A stretch of DNA of 64,000 nucleotides from Podarcis filfolensis (taxonomy: Eukaryota), in assembly GCA_964270895.1 (NCBI GenBank), contig OZ185449.1, one strand, 5' to 3'. A model generated the notes under the pieces. That model did not search any database and was not told the origin of the DNA. It saw only the letters and a list, made by a program, of their open reading frames with translations. Position 1 is the stretch's first letter. Each line of letters starts with the position of its first letter. Shown in pieces: positions 48,173 to 57,983 of the stretch. Both the position numbers and the translations under genes were made by a program.

Positions 48173-48989
48173 ACCTTCTCCTCTGTCAGATGCCTTCTCA
48201 CTGTCACAGAACATCGCTTACTAATGTTGGAGCTCTGACATTACTGAGGTGTAGCAGTCCCTCCACCCTCTCTAACACAGAGAGGTGGGGAGAAAACAAT
48301 ACCAACCTGGAGCTTGAATAATTCATTTCCCACCCATTGTTGCCAATATGGGGGAAAAGAAGTAGTGCTGGTCGTGAAACCCACAGATAGGACAGAAGAA
48401 ATGCAAGAGGTCTGGTCTTTCATTGTTCATGCCCTGCCAGTTCAAGGCCACTGTATGTAATGATTTGACTATCTCCTCTCCCCTACCCCAGGATTTCAGC
48501 CTTAAGCCCACCCATGAGGCAGATGGAGGTAGCTGCCATGGGTGCCCTGCCCATCAGCGATGATGACGAACGAGGAGAAGCGGTTGTGGCAGTGGCTTCC
48601 AGTGGGATCTTGCAAGAGCCCCATGAAATCTCATGAGAGCTCAGTGAGATCTCACCAGAAGCTGCCAACACTTCTTGCCTCTCCAGTACTGCCACAGGCA
48701 CACTCCTGTCATCCAGCTGCCATCAGAGAAGGGAGGAGAAACAGCTTGGGCAGCAGCTTCTGGATTCCAGCAAGATCTCATGGGGTTATCATGAGATCTT
48801 GATGGAAAATGCAAGCCGCAACTGTGGTAGTCATGGGCAACACCTCCCGCTTTGCCTCAGAGGGCAAAATAGGATGGAGCGCCCCTGCCTTAAGTTTTTT
48901 AAATTCAGGCATCACTTCCTACTCTCTATGGAATACTTTATGGTGGCAGCTTTTGAAGCATATGGATGGGCCTCCTCTTACAGTTAGTT

Positions 48990-49348
48990 GGACGACCTCG
49001 GTCCAGTATACCTGAAGGAGCGTCTCACCTCCATTTTTCTGCCCGGACACTGAGGTCCTGCGCCGAGGGCCTTCTGGCGGTTCCCTCGCTACGCAAAGCC
49101 AAGTTACAGGGAACCAGGCAGAGGGCCTTCTCGGTAGTGGCACCCGCCCTGTGGAGCGCCCTCCCACCAGATGTCAAAGAGAAAAATAACTTTTAAAAGA
49201 TATCTGAAGGCAGCCCTGTTTAGGGAAGCTTTTAATGTTCAATAGGTTATTGTATTTTAGTGTTTTGTTGGAAGCCGCCCAGAGTGGCTGGGGAAACCCA
49301 GCCAGATGGGCGGGGTATAAATAATAAATTATTGTTATATTATTATTA
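48990..49348 (+). mobile_element. Young 5'-truncated L2 LINE
   Basis: Encodes ..TLRSCAEGLLAVPSLRKAKLQGTRQRAFSVVAPALWSALP. Same 3'UTR and (TTA)n tail as 18031-18684. Confidence 0.96.
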
Positions 49349-49580
49349 CAGTTGTGCAGAACAGGCAGCCCAATTATGATCCTGTTCCCAAGAAATGCTT
49401 TCATCTTTCTTTTTTTCAAAAACCCCCACATACTATCTAAAACTGGACCTGCAAAGTCCATGACCCCAGCTCAAAGATGAGCATGATCCCCACAACATGT
49501 GTGGCTGTTTGGCAAACACTTGAGAAACCATCCATGTCTGCCTGCCTGGTGACTACAAATATGAGGCTGCCTGGCATTGG

Positions 49581-49760
49581 TAGGAAGCTGCTTTATATTG
49601 AATCAGACCAATTGGTCCATCTAGTTTACTATTTTCTGCACTGACTGGCTGCAGCTCTTTTGGGTTTCAGATGGCAGACAACCCCGGCCCTACCTGGAGA
49701 TGCTGGGAATTGAACCCAGGAACCATTTGTGTGCAAGGCAGATGTTCTACCACTGAGCTA
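49581..49760 (-). mobile_element. tRNA-Ala-like SINE
   Basis: taggaagctgctttatattgaatcagaccaattggtcc...ctacctggagatgctgggaattgaaccc...gttctaccactgagct. Confidence 0.85.
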
Positions 49761-50072
49761 GTTCTCAGTTGGCTTCTATACATTTGTCTTGAATTTTTGT
49801 CTCGAACATTAAAAAACTACTCTGGATCAACAGTACATCTAAATTGCCATCCTGTTTCCTGCAATGACCACCCATCCTTTGGGGAGGCCACAGTCAGAGC
49901 AGATTGCCTGCTCTGACTCACAAATGTTCCATGTAACCATCATGGCTAACACACCTTGATAGATCTACCCTCCATTAATTTATCTCAGGGCTGGCCCAAG
50001 GTGAAGGATAAGATTGTGCCTTCTCTCCTTTCCATGCACAGAGAAGCCAATGGACCTGGTACAACAGCAACA

Positions 50073-50414
50073 CCCCAGCCACTCTGGGTGGCTTCCAACA
50101 AAGATTAAAAATACATTAAAATGTCACACATTAAAGGCTTCCCTAAACAGGGCTGCCTTCAGATGTCTTCTAAATGTCAGGTAGTTGTTTCTCTCTTTGA
50201 CATCTAATGGGAGGGTGTTCCACAGGGCAGGCGCCACTACTGAGAAGGCCCTCTGCCTGGTTCCCTGTAGCTTTGATTCTCACAGTGAGGGAACTACCAG
50301 AAGGCCCTCGGCGCTAGACCTCAGTGTCTGGGCAGAACGATGGGGGTGGAGATGCTCCTTCAGGTATACTGGGCCGAGGCCGTTTAGGGCTTTAAAGGTC
50401 AGCACCAACACTTT
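50073..50414 (-). mobile_element. L2 LINE fragment (same young family, both ends truncated)
   Basis: Minus frame FKVLVLTFKALNGLGPVYLKEHLHPHRSAQTLRSSAEGLLVVPSL. Confidence 0.95.
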
Positions 50415-50813
50415 AAAGGTAGTTGAACTTTGCTTCAACATTGGTGGCAGGATAACATACTCCACTGCAACAAGGTGCAGGATGATTGTTTAGAGTGGCT
50501 GGACAGTCTGTGTTCTAGGCAGAGCTCTGTCCCCCAACAGAGGGGAATGTCTTTGGAGGAACAGCCGGGGGACCACTGCTGTGCTGCTGTCCGCAGCATC
50601 TGCCACTTGAGGTGGACATGTCACTGTGCCTAATAATAGGGTCGGCCCTGCTTTATCTAATACCCCTTTAAGGTTAACTATAAGGCCATCACCACATTCT
50701 GAGGCAGTGAATTCCAGTGATATAAGAAGCCCACTCTACAGAAACTCAGAGCAAGGCTTCCAGTGTGACTGCCCTGTTCTCTGGAACAGCATTCTTATCA
50801 AGATGCAGTAGAT

Positions 50814-51445
50814 CATGGGTAGGCAAACTAAAGGGATGCGGGTGGCACTGTGGTCTAAACTACTGAGCCTCTTGGGCTTGCCGATCGGAAGGTCGGTGGT
50901 TCGAATCCCTGCAATGGGGTGAGCTCCTGTTTTTCGGTCCCAGCTCCTGCCAACCTAGTAGTTCGAAAGTACATCAGAGTGCAAGTAGATAAATAGGTAC
51001 CACTCTGGCAGGAAGGTAAATGGCGTTTCTGTGCGCTGTTCTGGTTTCACCAGAAGCGGCTTAGTCATGCTGGCCACATGACCCGGAAAAACTGTCTGCG
51101 GACAAACGTCGGCTGCCTCAGCCAGTAAAGTGAGACAAGCGCCACAACCCCAGAGTCATTCGTGACTGGACTTAACTGTGAGGGGCCCTTTACCTTTTTA
51201 GGCAAACTAAGGCCCAGGGGCTGGATCCAGCCCAATCGCCTTCTAAATCCGGCCCGCAGACAGTCCGGGAATCAGTGTGTTTTTACATGAGTAGAATGTG
51301 TGCTTTTATTTAAAATGCATCTCTGGGTTATTTGTGGGGCATAAGAATTTGTTTATCCCACCCCCCCAAAAAATATAGTTCGGCCCCCCACAATGTCTGA
51401 GGGACAGCGGACCAGCCCCCTGCTGAAAATTTTTGCTGACCCCTG
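50814..51445. mobile_element. Charlie-like hAT MITE containing a Sauria SINE
   Basis: Same family as 29010-29242. TIRs CATGGGTAGGCAAACT / TTTTGCTGACCCCTG. Degenerate 8-bp TSD cagtagat/caataggt. Confidence 0.9.
50833..51198 (+). mobile_element. Sauria SINE, full length, nested
   Basis: 12-bp TSD TAGGCAAACTAA (50820-50831, 51199-51210) is derived from the host MITE's left TIR region. Confidence 0.96.
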
Positions 51446-51745
51446 CAATAGGTGCTCACCACCTGCACCTTCTGGAAACAACTGAAGGCACTTTTATTCT
51501 TCTCTAGCTAGATGAATAGATCTCTGCCATGGGTATCTACTTTGTATTGTTTTTAAAAATGCATTTGCTATTATTTTCTCTTTATTAGTTGCTTCTTAGC
51601 TGCTTTTTATTGTATTGTGCACATCACCTTGAGAAATGACATAATACTAATAATAAATCAACTCTTTCATCTATTTTAAATTTGTTGCTAAACAAATTTA
51701 AATGGGATGGCTTCCAATTCTCATATTCTGAAAGAGAAATGAAAG

Positions 51746-51748
<3 letters not shown>

Positions 51749-51794
<46 letters not shown>
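51749..51794. repeat. (CT)23 microsatellite
   Basis: Direct reading. Confidence 0.98.
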
Positions 51795-51797
<3 letters not shown>

Positions 51798-52453
51798 GCA
51801 TAATTTTATAATTTTATAATCATGACCTAACCCGGCACTTGTTATGCATTTTGTTTTAGAAACAACAACTAAAATGCCTCACAAACACTTCGGCTTTTGC
51901 TTGTAGGGGAGACGCTCCAAGCTTTTGGTCATTTTCACCACCCTTAATTTGGTAGCACACTTAATGCTGCCTTAACGTTCTTTAGAGAGCAAAGCCCCTT
52001 TCTCATCACTTGTCATCCCCATCTGACAATAGCATATTATGTTTTCAACATATATGTCTGTAAGCAAACAATGACTGACATAAATGATGGTGTCTTTCTG
52101 ACATCAGCTGTTTGACTTATCAAACGGAGAAGAACAAGGAATATGTTTCCAATGTGGCCAAAATATTCGGCATTAAACGGTTCAAATCCTAATGAGAAAT
52201 TTTCAGCAAAGTCAAAGCTGTCAGATTTGACAGTTCTAAATTCCAGTTTCCTGTCTGGAAACCTAGGGCGTTTGACTTTTCATCTCCTTGCAGCAGGAGG
52301 CCAGTAGTAAATCCACTACCATCCTAAGCAGAGATCTCTGATTGTCCTGTTAAAATTTAAGGCTAGTGTGGTGCCTGAACCTCTCTCCAATTTCTTCCCT
52401 ATGATTTATCCATTTTTCTATCTCTTTCCTGGTACAGAATTTCAGCAGGTGAT

Positions 52454-52890
52454 GCCTAAGAATGGGGGAGACATTAGATCCAGATTGCATTTAAATACAA
52501 ACTTACCTAATTTGTACTTCCTAAAACAATGCACAGATAGAAACAGGGTCATTCTTAGAAATGTGCATTTCTCTGAATTTTGCAGCACAGTTCCCCAGCT
52601 AAGTAATGTGCAAAAAAAGTGTGTAAATGCATCTGCTTGTGAGAACAACATACAAAAATACATGAAAACTGTTTTGCAAAAATACGGTCATTAGGCAAAA
52701 TGTGTGTATTAGCAGAAATGCACACTAAAATACCGATGAATTTCCTTGAGGATTTTTTTAAAATCACAATTTGTTGCAGAAGCATGACAACCCAGGAAGG
52801 CTGCAGAATACAGACCACTGGAATGATTATTTGCAGAATGAAAGAGATGCTGTTGGGAAATGAAAACACAAATATTAAAACAGAAAATTA
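52454..52890 (+). mobile_element. Ac-like hAT non-autonomous element, degraded
   Basis: Body homologous to 31592-32000 (gcatttaaa...aaatgcacactaaaatac.gatgaattt...aaaatcacaa.ttgttgcaga). Confidence 0.6.
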
Positions 52891-54525
52891 AAAATCCAAC
52901 TGCTTAAGCCCTTATATTCCAGCTCAATCACTGAGATCATTCAGGGGAGTTCTGTTAGTTTTTCCTCATATTATAGAGCCTGACTGCCTCCACTAGGAGT
53001 TAGGCATTTATTTTCACTGGTCCCACACTATGGGCAACTCTTCCAAAAGAGATTCAGCAGGCATCCTTGTGTTTGCCTTTTTAAGACCCCTTTTTATGCC
53101 AACATGCCTTTGCAGCTCTTTTAAATTCTTCTTGTTTATTAGCCAGCCACTTTAATGATTAACTGCCTTGTTTGTAATGGTGCTTTATGTTTCATAACTG
53201 TCCACCACCCTGATACAGAAAAAGATCCATAAATAAATAAATCATGTTCCCCATCCAAAAGTGCACCATTGCACTTCCAAGATGCCATGGGCTTAAGCAT
53301 CTAGCATTTGCTTATTCAGTCACCATTCCTCTCCCTCCCTGAGATCCCGTTATAATATTCCCAAACCTACTGACTGACCAGGACACTCATCTGTATGAGC
53401 AAATATACCTTCTGTTCCCTACCAGACAACCAAGGATATTTGTAGCATTCCAAATCTTCCCCTACCCCACAACTCCGTACAAAAGGAACATGGATAGCAC
53501 ATATGATTAGAAGACTTTCAGCAGGATGCTTCTCAAACAATAATTGGATTGGATCAGCAAATTGATCAAAAAGGCAAATGTTCTCTAGAGCAATCACATT
53601 AGATGCCACCAGCCCTTCCTTTTTTGCCTATATTATTTGACAGTTGTTGGACCCAGAATGTCCAGTGGGGATAACAGAACAAAAGCAACAAGGTCAGCAA
53701 AGAATGCAATTAAGCAAGAGACAATAATTGCTATTCTTTGCTATTATCAACTGACAATTATGTGAACAGTCCACTGGATGACAGTGTTTCTCAGAAGATA
53801 TACAACTTCCAGGGCAATTCTCATGTTATACCTCAGACGCTTTTTAGAGTAACAGTTGGGAAGAGGAACTAGCGTAGGATATTGCTGTTTATCTGCTGTC
53901 TGGATTATGCTCAGAATTGGAGATGGACTGTTCCCATTGGGACATGCTGTATAGGAAATCCAGCCCACAACCAGCAGGATTGCATGAATTATCTTGTAAG
54001 GTGTGCATATGAGATAAAGAAACATGCTGTCAAATATTATATAGGTGGCTAGAGAGAGGAGGGTTTGCTAGAGCAAGGAAGAGAGGTAAGGCCAAACAAT
54101 TCTGTTTTCGTAGTCCAAATGGATGTATATGAAAGGTCAGAAGCAAACAGAGGGAGTCTTCCATCAGCAATGAAGTGAGAGGAATGTCAGGAAAGGGAAG
54201 TAATGAAAAAATGAAAGAACCGACAGACTCGCTGGGTCAGCCCAATGATCCATCCCACCTGATATTCAGACTTTGTCAGTGGCTAGTCAAGTGTGTGAGA
54301 GAAAGATCTTTCCCCCTGCACTCTCTTTTTAAAGGCACTGCTTGCCTAGGGAAGAAAATTGTTAGGGGAAGTTGGTCATCAGAAAAAATAAAATAAAATG
54401 ATAGCTTTGAAAATAAACAGTTCTCCTTTTTTTTGCTCTTTTTGATCATAGCAGCAGGAAGAAGTATAAATGCTTTTGGAAACACTGAGAGGTTGGGCTA
54501 TCACAAATAATTCAATCAACCTGAT

Positions 54526-54526
<1 letters not shown>

Positions 54527-54573
<47 letters not shown>

Positions 54574-54574
54574 T
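54527..54574. repeat. (CTTT)12 microsatellite
   Basis: Direct reading. Confidence 0.97.
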
Positions 54575-55193
54575 TGCAACATGCAGCATGGAGGAGGATG
54601 GGGGAGAAATTTGATTATGTCTGCATATAAAGGGAAGCCTACCTAATTCACACTTCCTGGAACAATGCCTGATCCTGGAAACAGCCATCCTTGGAAATTT
54701 TCATGTCTCCAAATCCTGCACTGCAGTTCTCCAGTCAAGCAAAGTGTACAAAAATAAGTATGCTAAGCTAAAATGGATCCCTGACCCACCCAGTTCAAGT
54801 CCAATTGCTAGATAGCTTTCATCCAACCCATGGCCTCTTGCAGCACAGACAAGGAAAATCTGCCTGCATGTTTGCTCCTTCGGCATTGCAGCTTTGGATT
54901 GATGAGTTAGCAAGTCCAAGTGGAGATCCTGTCCCTATCAATTCTACCCCCACAGCCTTGTTAGGACAGTTCTGAAGAAGCCTCCCTCTGCCATAAAATA
55001 TACCTCAAGATGCTCTCCAAATGTTTGTTTTGTATTATAGTTTCCTGAAACCAGCACTTCTCTTGAACATTCTCTCAGCTTGAATGCAAGCCATGGCTTC
55101 AAAGGGGAAATGTTCCTTTGCATCCCAAGCTTGAGCTGCAACTGCAAGTGATGCAAAGATCCTTTGTGTCCCTGACTTGAATTTCAATAAACC

Positions 55194-55486
55194 TAGTGAT
55201 GGTTGGTGACCATTGTGATTGGTAAGGAAGAAGGCAGGGAGCCCAACAGTGGGTGGAACCAGAACCAGTGACAGGCAGGAGCAATTAATCCTAATTTTGT
55301 CTTCATCTTCCTGCCTGCAGAATTCTACAAGGCCAGGACTAGCACTAAGGAGGAGGAGGCTTGACAGCTAGGGCCACCCCCTAGAATTGGTTGTGTGTCA
55401 GAAGGCAGACAAGTGGAAGCTGGCTGAGGGTGTGCTGAAATTAGTGCGGCAGTGTGCTACTTGCCCTAATGGAGCAGCCTTCACTG
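55194..55486. mobile_element. hAT-like MITE (CAGTG TIR family), copy 2
   Basis: Ends TAGTGATGGTTGG / GCAGCCTTCACTG; degenerate 8-bp TSD aataaacc/gataaaca (6/8). Confidence 0.7.
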
Positions 55487-56149
55487 GATAAACAGCAAAA
55501 CTATGGTTAATTAGAGCTTTTGTGATTGAATCAGACCTCACCCAAACAGAAGAGTGAAAGAATTCCATGAATGAGTAAACACATGTACTTAATAAGCTGA
55601 GATAGAAACAACTGAATTGAGCCTGGGTCTCTGTGTGTGCCTGTGAAGTATATATCGGAGATTTGCTTTGACAAGTTTGAAATTAAACATTCTAGCCAAT
55701 TTAAGTCATGGCAGTGTCTGAGAGGCGGCAAAAGATTAATTTTTCATCAGCGTAACAAAAACCAAAACATTTCAGCGGAGGCTTGCTTGCTTTTCAAAAG
55801 CAGAAATGACTAGAGATTAATTGTAAAAGATAAAAAAGGATTTATTCTACTGAAATACCTTTACAGGGGAAACTACTTTTTCTTTTTCTTTTGTGCAATG
55901 ACTATGTAAGTACCTAAAATGTGACCTGGTCCAAATGCCTATTGTGCCCATCTGAACTCTGATGTGCTTATAGAATCCTGAGACATTCAAGACTTCATAT
56001 TCAGTTCAGGGGGAGCTGAGAACCACCTTGCACACACCAAGATTCTAGTGGGTGCAGAAAGTCTAGTCATACTATGGGTGAATGGATTCCAATGTCCAAT
56101 GCGCCATTGAGTCCAGCATTGTGTTCTCAGTGTCCAACCAGATACCCAC

Positions 56150-56870
56150 GGGAAGCTCAAAAGCAGGACTTGAGCACTGTACTCTGCCCTCCTGCAGTTC
56201 CCAGGCATACTACCTCTAATGGTGGAGCCAGAGCATAGCCATCATAGCTGGGTTGTGTAAGGGAGGGAAGGTGCAGCCATCACTTGCCCCTCCATGCTGA
56301 AGGCTATTCCATTAAAGGAATCCAGGAGTGTGGATCTCGTTCAAAGCCCGGGGAGGCGCTAGGGCTATGCCACAACCCCATCCGGAACCCAGGGGATGCT
56401 CAAGTCGATCTGCATCGGCGGGGCTCCCCCTACTGGTGGTTTACCCATACAGACTTCCTGCAAGGCAGGCAGGAGTCAGATATAGTCTGTTGGCAATGCC
56501 TAAGCCAATACCGCTCACATTCTGTAACCTATAAAGTTGTGCCCTAAATTTGCCCATCAACATGAACCTAAAATTCTGTGTCCTTGTTCTGCTGGGAGTG
56601 GCTTAGGGGCCTTGAGACGCAAACTGATATTTCAAGGCATACTGCCTCTGATGGTGGAGCCAGGGTATAGCCATCATAGCTAGCCATTGATAGCCTTCTC
56701 TGCTAATCCTCTGCCAATCCTCTGCTAAAGTCATTCAAGTTGGTGGCCATCATTGCCTCCTTTGGGAACAAGTTCTGTAGTTGTGCTGCATGAAGACGCC
56801 CTTTCTTTTATCTCTGCTGTACCTTCCAACATTCAGAAATCCCTACAGTTTCTCTGTGTTATTGTTCTGG
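56150..56870 (-). mobile_element. CR1 3' fragment interrupted by a ~385-bp LTR-like insert (about 56250-56634)
   Basis: CR1 3'UTR motifs aggcatactgcctctgatggtggag..catagccatcatagct and gttggtggccatcattgcctcc...ctttcttttatct. A 47-bp segment is duplicated on both sides of the insert. Confidence 0.65.
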
Positions 56871-57710
56871 CATTGTGATATTTCTTGGGCTTAGACCTCT
56901 AGCAGGAACAGCAGATTTTGGGATGTTGACATAGGATACTTGTGCACCTGCAGGAAGAAATAAATGAGCAAACACAATTAAAATTAATCTCTAGATAAGC
57001 CTGCACCAACCTTGTTCCCTCCAGGTGTTTTGGACTACAACTCCCATCAGCTCCAGCCATATGCTTATACAAATCCAATCTGAACCTGATCACTATGTCA
57101 GCTCTAACTTTTGTTCCCCCCCTCCCACTTTCCACTCCAGATGGCATGAGGACTGAGACTGCAGGTGAAGCAGTGGCTATACCACCCTTTAATGCCTTCT
57201 GCTGCCCAGTTGGGGTTTGGAATTCTCTGTAACTCCTTATATTTCCATTTAGATATTTGCTGTCAAAAATTGCATGAGTTATTTATAAAAGCGGGGGGAC
57301 AGGACCCATAATCCATTCCTAGTGGACACTATAATAAAACTACAGAATGTTGCAATTATCTATAAATGTGCCTCACACACCCATTTTTATATACATTTAG
57401 CTTCTGATGAGCTTGATAATTCCTGACGTTTGTTTCCCCAGATCTGCTGCTTTTATTTAAATACTCTCTAATCAGCTAAATAAAGACGTATATGATAAAG
57501 CGAAGGAAAAAATAATAATAGCAAAAGCACAGACAATGCCTTGCAGCAGTTCTCTGGCATTTTGAAAGAGACGGAGGGGGGTTGAATTCTAAAGTATCTC
57601 CATATTCATGATGACTTGGAGCAAAAATCAGAATGCGGAGTTTTATCTTTAGACTTGCTATAGGTTTGCTGTTATCTTTGAATGTTGATTGTAAGGGGGG
57701 GGAGGGGAAA

Positions 57711-57983
57711 CAGTGGTGGCTTGTGCCCATTGGGGCTGGTAGGGTGGAAGGCAAGGGGTCTAACAGTAAGTGGAACCACAGCCAATGACAAGCAGAGCCA
57801 ATGAATGCTAGTTTTCTTTTTGCCTACAAGGGCAATATAAAGACTATGGAGGTGGGAGCTGACTGCCAGGACCATCTGTTGGGCTGTCTATAAGAAGGAA
57901 GGAAGACAGGATGTGGCTGGCTGAAGGTAGAATGAGGTTGGTGGGCTAGTGCCCTGTTCACCCTTATAGACCAGCTTCCACTG
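57711..57983. mobile_element. hAT-like MITE (CAGTG TIR family), copy 3
   Basis: Ends CAGTGGTGGCTTG / CCAGCTTCCACTG; body tggaaggcaagg..aacagta.gtggaacca.agccaatgaca shared with the other copies. Confidence 0.65.

Noticed and set aside
48771-48801. 12-bp stem hairpin CAAGATCTCATG/CATGAGATCTTG
   Set aside because: Lies in a GC-rich segment with recurring gagatctc motifs (about 48490-48890) that looks like a MITE; probably repeat-intrinsic.
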